DNA of 64,000 nt from positions 1 to 64,000 of the IMG/VR virus record IMGVR_UViG_3300045988_054118. One strand, given 5' to 3'. The first letter of the stretch is position 1. The number at the start of each line of letters is the position of its first letter. Below the pieces are notes generated by a model that did no database searches, was not told the DNA's origin, and saw nothing but the letters and a program-made list of their open reading frames with translations. The DNA is from a virus. A program made the translations under genes and the position numbers. This document shows positions 56,016 through 64,000 of this stretch, piece after piece.

Positions 56016-56573
56016 ATGAGTACAACGATTTTGAATTTTAAGAAAGTAGAAGTAGTAGCAGAAAGCAAAGAAGCAGCAATCGCACAAGTTGAAAGCACAT
56101 TATTCCATGTAAATGGTGATGCAACTCAGGCTTACAAAAATTGGAAAGCTAAACAGACTAAGGGTATTACTGAGCGTGATGTAAAAGAGTTTATGCTTGA
56201 ATATCTCGCTAAGAAAGGCAAGAACTGCCCCGGTGCTGGTTATCTGATTACTATCGAATCGTCTGTTGCAGATACTCGTGAGCGTCCGTACAAGATTGAC
56301 GATGTTAAAGGTGATGGAAAGCGTAAGTTTAAGACTTTCTACAAGTGGATTGACAAAGAAACTAAGACTGTTGTTTGCCAAGTTGATACTAACAAAGCTG
56401 ACGCTAAGAACGCAATCAAAGAATTGTATAAGAGCGGTAAGTATAAAGGAAATGCTGAGTTGGTGAAAACTAAGGATGTTGTTGAAGGACAGGCAGTAGT
56501 AGCAACTGCACAATATACTCCTTCTAAGAATACCAAGAATGGTACTTGGTTAGCTTTCGGTATCGAAGCCTAA
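56016..56573 (+). CDS. Hypothetical Lys-rich protein, probably highly expressed (long AT-rich upstream region and a strong terminator)
   Basis: ORF of 185 aa, preceded by a 180-nt AT-rich intergenic region containing an inverted repeat TGATGTA…TACATCA. Confidence 0.5.
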   Translation: MSTTILNFKKVEVVAESKEAAIAQVESTLFHVNGDATQAYKNWKAKQTKGITERDVKEFMLEYLAKKGKNCPGAGYLITIESSVADTRERPYKIDDVKGDGKRKFKTFYKWIDKETKTVVCQVDTNKADAKNAIKELYKSGKYKGNAELVKTKDVVEGQAVVATAQYTPSKNTKNGTWLAFGIEA

Positions 56574-56594
56574 TTTCTTGAAAGATATACGTTT

Positions 56595-56636
56595 AAAAGG
56601 AAGATTGCCTAAGGGTGGTCTTCCTTTTTTATTTTG
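56595..56636 (+). terminator. Strong rho-independent terminator (AAAAGGAAGA…TCTTCCTTTT, then TATTTTG)
   Basis: 10-bp stem followed by a T-rich tract. Confidence 0.7.
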
Positions 56637-56706
56637 AGATAAGCAATATTTAATAGATATTAAACGTAATTTAATTATGGAAGTGTAACAACTAATTAAC
56701 AATTAA

Positions 56707-57297
56707 ATGGAATTTACTCCTATAACAGGACTTCAGATTAGAATTAATTTCTATACAAACAGAGGTTGTGTGCTTGAAGATGTAATAGAAAATCATTTCT
56801 ATAACTATTTTAGCTTAGTTAATCCTCTAATAATCGGAAGAAAAGAATCCATCGCGGGAAAACCTACAGATGGAATAGTTAGGTTCTATGATGAAAACCG
56901 GAATGTCAAGTTCTGGATTCTTCAAGAAACTAAAAGAGATATAGGTATTAACTCTGTTTTCGTACATAGGTCTTTATTACAGGCTATGATGTATTTAGGA
57001 AACGTGTATTATGATACTAGTACTCATTTAGGAGTAGATAATTTCAATGGAGTATTTCTCGATTCGGCAAGGTATTTTTGCTACATTCCGAGAAGAGAAA
57101 TAGATACTCTAATGGAAAAATTTGAACCTTTATGGCGCAAACATTTTCGAGTTTCACCTTCCAAAGCATACAAAGAACCAGAATTAGAGAGTTTTGCAGA
57201 ATTAGCTATGTATTCTCTAAGGCATAGAGTTAAAGCATTGGATGAACACTTTAGATTAGACCTCCTATTAAAGGAGATTTACTATAATAATGTTTAA
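56707..57297 (+). CDS. Hypothetical protein
   Basis: ORF of 196 aa. Confidence 0.45.
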   Translation: MEFTPITGLQIRINFYTNRGCVLEDVIENHFYNYFSLVNPLIIGRKESIAGKPTDGIVRFYDENRNVKFWILQETKRDIGINSVFVHRSLLQAMMYLGNVYYDTSTHLGVDNFNGVFLDSARYFCYIPRREIDTLMEKFEPLWRKHFRVSPSKAYKEPELESFAELAMYSLRHRVKALDEHFRLDLLLKEIYYNNV

Positions 57298-57299
57298 AT

Positions 57300-58067
57300 A
57301 TGGAATTGACGATTGAACAATTGATGCAAGGGAAAGCAACTAGAATTAAGGATAAAGAGTATTTTACTACTGAAGCCTATGTAACTCCGTTTATAGACAG
57401 AGTATCTAAAATGACTGATAATTTTATCATTAATGCTAAGCCTGCTGACCAAATATCGCTTACTAAAGATGGGGAGATTAATTTTGATGATGTAATATAC
57501 AATAGAGTTTGGATTCAAGGTGTTTTGCCGGACGAATATGCTTGGGATAATCATAAAAGAGTAATTAGTATGATTTATGCCCTTGACACTCGTAAACCAT
57601 TAGTTAAGTTCTATGTAGGAGCTTTAAATATGGCTTGTCTAAACTTGTGTGTATTTAATCCAGAAATGTTAAATGTTTCTGAGCTAGAGCCAGAATCTGC
57701 TATTAACTATAGCTTCTTAAGAAATGCTATGTCGATGACAGATGAAACCAACTTAATGCTTAAGAAACTTTCAGAGATGGAGTATAAGAAAGATGATATA
57801 TATGCTGACCTAGGTCACTGGGTTGACAACTGCATCAATTCTAAAATCAACATGGGATTTGGTTCTGTAAAATTAGCTGAATCTGCTCCGATTGATGTTT
57901 ATAAAGATTTGTTTTATGATGAAAAATCTAAGTATTATACAACAGACAATGTTGTAGATGGATTTACCGTGTATAACGCATTTACTGACTTGATTACCCA
58001 GGATAAGAGAGACTTAGTAAATAAATTCGAGAAGACATTGTTAATTAAGGACGTAATGGGTATTTGA
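57300..58067 (+). CDS. Hypothetical protein
   Basis: ORF of 255 aa. Confidence 0.45.
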   Translation: MELTIEQLMQGKATRIKDKEYFTTEAYVTPFIDRVSKMTDNFIINAKPADQISLTKDGEINFDDVIYNRVWIQGVLPDEYAWDNHKRVISMIYALDTRKPLVKFYVGALNMACLNLCVFNPEMLNVSELEPESAINYSFLRNAMSMTDETNLMLKKLSEMEYKKDDIYADLGHWVDNCINSKINMGFGSVKLAESAPIDVYKDLFYDEKSKYYTTDNVVDGFTVYNAFTDLITQDKRDLVNKFEKTLLIKDVMGI

Positions 58068-58068
58068 T

Positions 58069-60237
58069 ATGCAAGTAGTAAAGAGAGACGGAAGTTTACA
58101 GGAATTTGACGGTAATAAGATAGTAGAAGCAATATCTAAAGCATTTAATGCTTGCTGTCCTGAAGAAAATAAAGAAGTCATTACAGCTATGGTGGCTGAT
58201 ATGCATTTATGGGACGGCATTACTATAGAAGAGATTCAGGACGTAGTAATAGAAACCTTGAGGGACTATGGTTACGATGATGTAGCCTCAGCATATTCTC
58301 AGTATAGAAGTGAACAATCTAGACTTAGAGAAATCATAGCTAAGATTAGTTATCAAGATAACTATATTAATAGTTCCGAAAATGCAGCTACTTCATCTGA
58401 AACAGATGGAAATGCTAACGTTGTATCTAAGAACGTTGCTACATTAGAGAGTGAGGATAGAAAGCGCGAGAACAGAGAAATTCAGCGCTATCGTATGAAG
58501 AAGAAATTAAAGCTTCTTTATCCCGAACTCTCTTCTCAATATTCTAGAGACCTAGACAGTCATATTATTTATACTCACGATGAGGCTTCTACGTCAGTAC
58601 TTAAACAGTATTGTATGGCAGTCTCGTTATATCCTCTAATGTTAGAGGGAGTAGGTAATATTGATGGAGTTACTCCTGGCCCTCCTAATGATTTGCAGTC
58701 ATTTAGTGGGCAGGTTACTAACTTAGTATTTCTATTGTCTTCTCAATGTAAAGGAGCAGTTGCTGTAGGTAGCTATTTTATTGCACTTAACTATTATATT
58801 ATTGCTGAATACGGAGAAAAGTGGTACGAGAAGCTCGACTGTATATGTACTTCGGAACATTCTCTTATTAAGAGAACTATAGAAGACTCTATCCTTAAAG
58901 CTTTTAAACAGTTTGTTTGGGGAATTAATCAACCTGCTGGAAACAGAAGTTATCAATCTCCCTTCACTAATGTTTCGTACTATGATAAGACCTATTTTGA
59001 ATCTCTATTTGGAGAATTTTACTATCCAGATGGAACTAAGCCGGAATGGGTAGCAATTGATACTTTACAAAGATTGTTCATGTCTTGGTTTAATAAGCTT
59101 CGCTTGAAACAAGTTCTGACATTTCCAGTAGAAACCTTTGCTATGGTGCATGACGGTAAAGACATTATAGATAAGAACTATAAAGACTTATGTGCAGAAA
59201 TGTATTCTCAAGGTCATAGTTTCTTTACCTATATCTCAGACAGTGCAGATAGTCTTGCATCTTGTTGTCGTCTTCGTAATGAATTAGCTGAAAATACATT
59301 TAGTCCTACTTCTGGTATGACTGGTGTAAAGACAGGTTCTTGTAATGTTATTACTCTGAATATTAACAGAATTGTCCAAGATTGGGCTAGACAAGAAACT
59401 ACTTGGTGGAGTGAAGATGGAGACAAAAATCTCTTGCATTGTAAAGATAATGTTGCCCTACTCAAAAAATATCTAATAGATATTCTAGAGAGAGTATACA
59501 AGTATCACATTACCTATAAGACCATGCTCTATGAGTGGGAGGATAAGAAGATGTTTGCTTCTTCAAATGGAGGTTACATAAACATCAAAGACCTATATAG
59601 CACTATTGGGCTAAATGGTCTGAATGAAGCTGCTGAGTTCTTAGGAATGAAGGTATCTAATAATCCAGAATATTTTGAGTTTTTACAGCTCATACTTGGA
59701 ACAATAAAAGAGCAGAATAAACTTCATTCTATCCATGACAAAAAGCGTCCCTTCTTATTTAATTCTGAGGTAGTACCTGCAGAAGGTCTAGGAGGTAAGA
59801 ATTATAAATGGGATAAAGCAGATGGCTATTGGGTTCCTGAAGATAGGAATCTATACAATAGTTACTTCTATAATGCCCATGATGATACATCAGTATTAGA
59901 TAAGTTTATACTTCATGGAAGGCAGACTTATCAGTATACAGATGGAGGTAGTGCGGCTCACATTAACTTGGAAGAACATCTGTCTAAGGAGCAATACTTG
60001 AAGCTTATAGACTTTGCTATTCAGCAAGGAACTAATTACTTCACGTTCAATATTCCTAATAGTAAGTGCGAGGATTGTAAACATATTGTGAAAGCCCCCA
60101 TTAAGGTATGTCCTAAATGTGGAAGTGAACATATTACTCAATATACCAGAATTATTGGCTATCTAAGACCCATCACTGCTTTTGGTAAGGATAGAAGAAT
60201 AGAAGCTGAAAGAAGAACATATTCAAAAAATGTATAA
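58069..60237 (+). CDS. nrdD: Anaerobic ribonucleoside-triphosphate reductase (class III RNR large subunit)
   Basis: N-terminal ATP-cone (MQVVKRDGSLQEFDGNKIVEAISKAF); C-terminal Zn-ribbon CEDCKH…CPKCGSEH and glycyl-radical motif RIIGYL; 722 aa. Confidence 0.8.
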   Translation: MQVVKRDGSLQEFDGNKIVEAISKAFNACCPEENKEVITAMVADMHLWDGITIEEIQDVVIETLRDYGYDDVASAYSQYRSEQSRLREIIAKISYQDNYINSSENAATSSETDGNANVVSKNVATLESEDRKRENREIQRYRMKKKLKLLYPELSSQYSRDLDSHIIYTHDEASTSVLKQYCMAVSLYPLMLEGVGNIDGVTPGPPNDLQSFSGQVTNLVFLLSSQCKGAVAVGSYFIALNYYIIAEYGEKWYEKLDCICTSEHSLIKRTIEDSILKAFKQFVWGINQPAGNRSYQSPFTNVSYYDKTYFESLFGEFYYPDGTKPEWVAIDTLQRLFMSWFNKLRLKQVLTFPVETFAMVHDGKDIIDKNYKDLCAEMYSQGHSFFTYISDSADSLASCCRLRNELAENTFSPTSGMTGVKTGSCNVITLNINRIVQDWARQETTWWSEDGDKNLLHCKDNVALLKKYLIDILERVYKYHITYKTMLYEWEDKKMFASSNGGYINIKDLYSTIGLNGLNEAAEFLGMKVSNNPEYFEFLQLILGTIKEQNKLHSIHDKKRPFLFNSEVVPAEGLGGKNYKWDKADGYWVPEDRNLYNSYFYNAHDDTSVLDKFILHGRQTYQYTDGGSAAHINLEEHLSKEQYLKLIDFAIQQGTNYFTFNIPNSKCEDCKHIVKAPIKVCPKCGSEHITQYTRIIGYLRPITAFGKDRRIEAERRTYSKNV

Positions 60238-60574
60238 AATAGAAGAGTTTGTAGGAACAGCTGCTGAGCTGGAGAAGTTCCTTAATGAAATGCAAGTTAT
60301 TAAACATTTTAATCTATCTCATATAGTATCTAGACCAGCTAAAACTTTTGTAGGACCTGGATGCTCAGTTGATAGAACCGTTTATACCTTAGTATTTTCT
60401 GGGAATGACGAGGAAAAGAAGAGACAAATATATCTTGAATATGCCAAAGAAAACTTATGTAAAGATTGCTTGACTTGTGCAGACTTCGGGTATTATTGTA
60501 GAGGAAATAAAGAAAGATGTAATGCGTGGAAATACGATGAAAAAGCACATTATAGAATTGATAAAGTTGTATGA
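60230..60574 (+). CDS. Cys-rich hypothetical protein
   Basis: CKDCLTCADFGYYCRGNKERC. Confidence 0.4.
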   Translation: MYKIEEFVGTAAELEKFLNEMQVIKHFNLSHIVSRPAKTFVGPGCSVDRTVYTLVFSGNDEEKKRQIYLEYAKENLCKDCLTCADFGYYCRGNKERCNAWKYDEKAHYRIDKVV

Positions 60575-61236
60575 GTAAAGTTTTAATTATTCCAGATGTT
60601 CACGGTAGACCATTCTGGAGAAAAGCAAAAGAGAAGATTAATAGTGTGGATAAGGTAGTCTTTTTAGGGGACTACCTCGACCCATATGGTTATGAAGGTA
60701 TTACTAGAGAGAATGCGATAGAGGAGTTTAAAGAGATTATCCAATTCAAAGTTGATAATCCCGATAAGGTAATACTACTCCTTGGAAATCACGACTGTGC
60801 TTATTGCTATGATTTCGGAAGTGCTTCTAGGTATGATTACGCTAATGCAGAGCTAATTAAGGAAATGTTTGAGAATTTCAAGTCTCTATTCCAACTCAAG
60901 TACTACTCGGAAGGTATTCTATATACTCATGCTGGAGTTACTAATGATTGGTTAAAGAGCATGGATTTTACTATTACTGACCTAATTACTAAGCCTGAGG
61001 ACTTTCTAGTTGGCTTCCTATGGGAAGTATCTCGTATGAGAGGAGGGTGGTCTAATACAGGCAGTATGGTATGGAGCGACGTTAGAGAAGGAGATAGAGA
61101 GTCTACATATTATCAAATATTTGGACATACTCAATTGGAATCAGAACCCATTATTACTGACAAGTTTGCTTGCTTAGACGTAAGAAGACCTTTTATATTA
61201 GATACAGAAACTAAAAAGATTGAAGAGTATGCTTAA
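60571..61236 (+). CDS. Calcineurin-like metallophosphatase
   Basis: Motifs PDVHGR, VFLGDYLD and LLGNHD. Confidence 0.65.
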   Translation: MSKVLIIPDVHGRPFWRKAKEKINSVDKVVFLGDYLDPYGYEGITRENAIEEFKEIIQFKVDNPDKVILLLGNHDCAYCYDFGSASRYDYANAELIKEMFENFKSLFQLKYYSEGILYTHAGVTNDWLKSMDFTITDLITKPEDFLVGFLWEVSRMRGGWSNTGSMVWSDVREGDRESTYYQIFGHTQLESEPIITDKFACLDVRRPFILDTETKKIEEYA

Positions 61237-61723
61237 ATATGTTGATGCCAGAGTAGTCTTTCAGGAAATTCCGGATGAGATTACATTAGCTATAAATATA
61301 TCTAACTGTCCTTGTCATTGTAAAGGATGTCATAGTCAATACCTAGCCGAAGATATAGGTAAACCATTAATTGAATATCCGCAGGGGTTCTCCGATGATT
61401 ACATTATTCATCTAGACGAACTAATTACAGATGGTATTTCGTGTATAGCATTTATGGGAGGGGATTCTGATCCTCACCTAGTAAATGTGTTAGCTAGTTT
61501 TGTTAAAGATTATTATCCGAATTTAAAAGTGGCATGGTACTCAGGTAGACAAGAACTATCTGAGCACGTGAATATGAAGCATTTCGATTATATCAAGCTA
61601 GGTCCATATATTGAAGAAAACGGACCTTTAAATAGTAAGACAACTAATCAAGTTATGCTTCATATAGATAATAGCTGTGGAAAACCCATAGTTAAAGACA
61701 TAACATCACGTTTTTGGAAATGA
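61220..61723 (+). CDS. nrdG: Anaerobic RNR activating protein (radical SAM)
   Basis: CX3CX2C motif (NCPCHCKGCHS) near the N-terminus; ~167 aa; 1 kb downstream of nrdD. Confidence 0.7.
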   Translation: MKSMLKYVDARVVFQEIPDEITLAINISNCPCHCKGCHSQYLAEDIGKPLIEYPQGFSDDYIIHLDELITDGISCIAFMGGDSDPHLVNVLASFVKDYYPNLKVAWYSGRQELSEHVNMKHFDYIKLGPYIEENGPLNSKTTNQVMLHIDNSCGKPIVKDITSRFWK

Positions 61724-62019
61724 TTCTTAAGGTTGCATATGATGATAACAGTCAACATCTGGTTGACGAATTAAAAAAGGTTCTTTCTAAATATCCTTTA
61801 GTAGAATTACAAACTTACCATGAAGGCTTGTTTAAGGAACGTAAAAACGCCTTCAAGCTTAAGGGAGGTTTTAGCGCTAGACATACTCCATTTGCTGTAT
61901 TAATTGATAATGATGCAGCTCCAGTAATGGCATTCTACAGTGAAGCTAATACTTGTACCATAGAAGAGATAATGAAAGCATTAAATAATCCTGTAGTGTA
62001 TGGTAGAATTGAAGGTTAA
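61714..62019 (+). CDS. Hypothetical protein
   Basis: ORF of 101 aa. Confidence 0.4.
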   Translation: MEMILKVAYDDNSQHLVDELKKVLSKYPLVELQTYHEGLFKERKNAFKLKGGFSARHTPFAVLIDNDAAPVMAFYSEANTCTIEEIMKALNNPVVYGRIEG

Positions 62020-62341
62020 AGATATTATTGAAAGGAAGAAACTTCTGATAAAAGGACTTGAAGAGAATATCTTCAAGGACTTTACTGAAGAAGAAGAAAA
62101 TCTCTTGCACTCCAAGCACGGAATGATTAAAGTTAGTCATAGGTCAGGCGCTGGTAAAGTGTACGAAGGGATAACTGGAGCGTTTAAGGTTGGGCTTCCT
62201 CTAATTATTGATAGTGAGCCGACTAAGATAATACAGAGAATTACCATGATAGATTGGGACTCTAGTATGTTCCAGGATGCAGATGGAGAGTGGTTTATAT
62301 TTGAATTTACTCCAATAAGACTCTACGAATTAAGTGTATGA
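62000..62341 (+). CDS. Hypothetical protein
   Basis: ORF of 113 aa. Confidence 0.4.
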   Translation: MVELKVKDIIERKKLLIKGLEENIFKDFTEEEENLLHSKHGMIKVSHRSGAGKVYEGITGAFKVGLPLIIDSEPTKIIQRITMIDWDSSMFQDADGEWFIFEFTPIRLYELSV

Positions 62342-62643
62342 TAAGAAAATTTACTAACATCGTTTGTGTATATTACAACGACAAAAATTATATTCCAGCT
62401 AAGTATAATTGTCCAGACCTAGAGATTGATGATGTAATTCTCAACCTAACTACAAACAAGGAACAGAATTATGAAAAGATTTCTGAGATTATTGTTGATT
62501 ATGCCTTTGCTTTGTTCTGTAACAAATCTGATTTAAAAGATTTTTCACAAGACCTTAAGAAGTATAAGAGGCAGAACTGGAAATTGCTCGACTTTAGGGA
62601 AATAATTAAAACAACAGAGATAAAACCAAAAGATCAGAAATGA
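62338..62643 (+). CDS. Hypothetical protein
   Basis: ORF of 101 aa. Confidence 0.4.
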   Translation: MIRKFTNIVCVYYNDKNYIPAKYNCPDLEIDDVILNLTTNKEQNYEKISEIIVDYAFALFCNKSDLKDFSQDLKKYKRQNWKLLDFREIIKTTEIKPKDQK

Positions 62644-63194
62644 AATATGGAGTTATTTTAGCTAGGTTTCAGCCCATTCACAATGGGCACCTAGCTTTAA
62701 TTAAAAAAGCTTGTTCAGAGAACGATAAGGTTCTTTTGTTAGTTGGTAGTGCTGATAAAGTAAACAAGCGTAATCCTATTCCTATAAAGGTTAGGATAAA
62801 ATTACTAGAAACTGCCTTAGAGGACGAAGGTTTACTTAGTAGATGTATCATTCAACCTCTTAATGATTTGACTGATGAGTCTGATAACTCTCAGGATTGG
62901 GGATTCTATTTATATGCTAACATAGTTAGTATTATAAAAGAGTCCCATTTTAATATCTACTATAGCGATGGATACGAAATTATTACAACATGGTTTCCAA
63001 AGTTTATGCTGAAGGGTTATATATCAATGACTCTCATGGCAAGAGAACAGGTAGAAGAAGGTATATCGGCTACTGTTGTAAGAGATGCCCTAAGATCTAA
63101 TTTAAGCCTAGAAGGACTAGTTCCTAAGTGTGTTATAGATGCAAGATTTTATTTAACTGAATTTATTTTATTACATGAAAGTACTCATAATTAA
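62640..63194 (+). CDS. nadM: Nicotinamide-nucleotide adenylyltransferase (NadM-type NMNAT)
   Basis: N-terminal signature [17 protein letters not shown] (compare GRFQPFHKGH of NadM/NMNAT); 184 aa. Confidence 0.65.
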   Translation: MKYGVILARFQPIHNGHLALIKKACSENDKVLLLVGSADKVNKRNPIPIKVRIKLLETALEDEGLLSRCIIQPLNDLTDESDNSQDWGFYLYANIVSIIKESHFNIYYSDGYEIITTWFPKFMLKGYISMTLMAREQVEEGISATVVRDALRSNLSLEGLVPKCVIDARFYLTEFILLHESTHN

Positions 63195-63756
63195 TAAATC
63201 AAGACATCAACTTCCTCAGTATGAAACTCCCTTATCAGCAGGTATGGATATTAGAGGAGACTTTAGTAGAATTAAGTTAGTAGACAATAAGCCTGAGAAA
63301 TTCTTTTTCGATGCTGATGTTGTAGCTATTAGTAAAATTGAAGATCCAAATGGTCCATTTGTGGTAGACAAGGAAGGAAATCCTACTGATAGAAGAGTTC
63401 CCAGTATTCCCGTTGCTTCTACTATTGAAATAAAGCCAGGAGGTAGATGTTTGATTCCGACTGGATTGTTTATAGCTTTACCTAAGGGTTACGAGGCGCA
63501 AGTTCGACCACGAAGCGGTCTTGCACTAAAATTGGGGCTTACTGTTCTTAATTCACCTGGAACCATTGACGCCGACTACAGAGGAGAGATTGGAGTTGTA
63601 TTAGTGAACACTTCCAATGTCCCAGTTAGAATTACTGATGGAGAAAGAATTGCCCAAATAGTTATTGCTAAGCATGAAACTATAGAATGGGAAGTTGTTG
63701 AAGAATTACCTTCTACTGAACGAGGAGAAGGAGGATTTGGACATACTGGAGTATGA
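63175..63756 (+). CDS. dut: dUTP diphosphatase (dUTPase)
   Basis: Motifs [35 protein letters not shown] and a C-terminal [10 protein letters not shown]. Confidence 0.75.
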   Translation: MKVLIINKSRHQLPQYETPLSAGMDIRGDFSRIKLVDNKPEKFFFDADVVAISKIEDPNGPFVVDKEGNPTDRRVPSIPVASTIEIKPGGRCLIPTGLFIALPKGYEAQVRPRSGLALKLGLTVLNSPGTIDADYRGEIGVVLVNTSNVPVRITDGERIAQIVIAKHETIEWEVVEELPSTERGEGGFGHTGV

Positions 63757-63998
63757 TATGGGTATTAATGGTATTGGGGTTATGTAATTTAGCCCTAATA
63801 CTTTGTCTCATGCGGAGAGTTGAGGACATTAGTAATCAAATCAAAACTAATTATCACTTTATTGATGATACAAGAGACAAAGTCAAGTATCTAACTTCTC
63901 TAATGGATATACGAGTGAATATTCCAGAAGAAATCGAGAAGCAATTTGGTAAGATGAAAAAGGAAATTGTTGTTAAAAATGTATTAAAAGTACCATGA
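63753..63998 (+). CDS. Small membrane protein
   Basis: N-terminal TM helix [20 protein letters not shown]. Confidence 0.4.
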   Translation: MIWVLMVLGLCNLALILCLMRRVEDISNQIKTNYHFIDDTRDKVKYLTSLMDIRVNIPEEIEKQFGKMKKEIVVKNVLKVP

Positions 63999-64000
63999 CT

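Noticed and set aside
1-64000. CRISPR arrays, integrase/att sites, transposases
   Set aside because: No regularly spaced direct repeats were seen. No tyrosine/serine recombinase or transposase motifs were recognised. The only mobile-type gene is the HNH endonuclease.

Overview
This window reads as one end of an AT-rich, crAss-like (Bacteroidota-infecting) phage genome. That assignment rests on Bacteroidetes-type signal peptides ending in AFSQ / FASAQ, a TAnnTTTG -7 box, and a large tRNA cluster.

Positions 1-12 are residual Illumina adapter (CTCTTCCGATCT), so this is a contig edge.

Two transcriptional modules meet at a divergent intergenic region at ~9000-9294:
(a) About 1-9000, mostly minus strand. 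This is a packaging/late module whose genes contain many in-frame TAG codons. The large terminase TerL (428..2791) is interrupted by >15 TAGs, and TGA/TAA are its true stops. A Gln-derived suppressor tRNA with anticodon CUA sits inside this module at 8365..8436 (-).
(b) 9295-64000, plus strand, standard-looking code. It carries ~20 tRNA genes and a replication / nucleotide-metabolism module. Recognisable products: class III anaerobic RNR NrdD/NrdG, dUTPase, RNase H, primase, DnaB-like helicase, SF2 helicase, SSB-like protein, HNH endonuclease and an NT5C-like nucleotidase.

Across ~55 plus-strand genes TAG terminates only one ORF. Gene 30630..31121 carries a single in-frame TAG. Together these point to genome-wide amber-to-Gln recoding.

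The most interesting content:
- a second CUA-anticodon tRNA-like gene in a ~1 kb non-coding stretch;
- a phage-encoded NfeD + flotillin (SPFH) operon with a long EA-repeat coiled coil;
- an NAD+ salvage/reconstitution set (Nampt-like + HAD-like + Prs-like, plus a distant NadM-type NMNAT) that resembles recently described NARP anti-defence pathways;
- a ~470-nt highly structured intergenic RNA candidate;
- several aberrant tRNA-like elements;
- secreted / outer-membrane proteins (an OmpA-like barrel and a lipoprotein).
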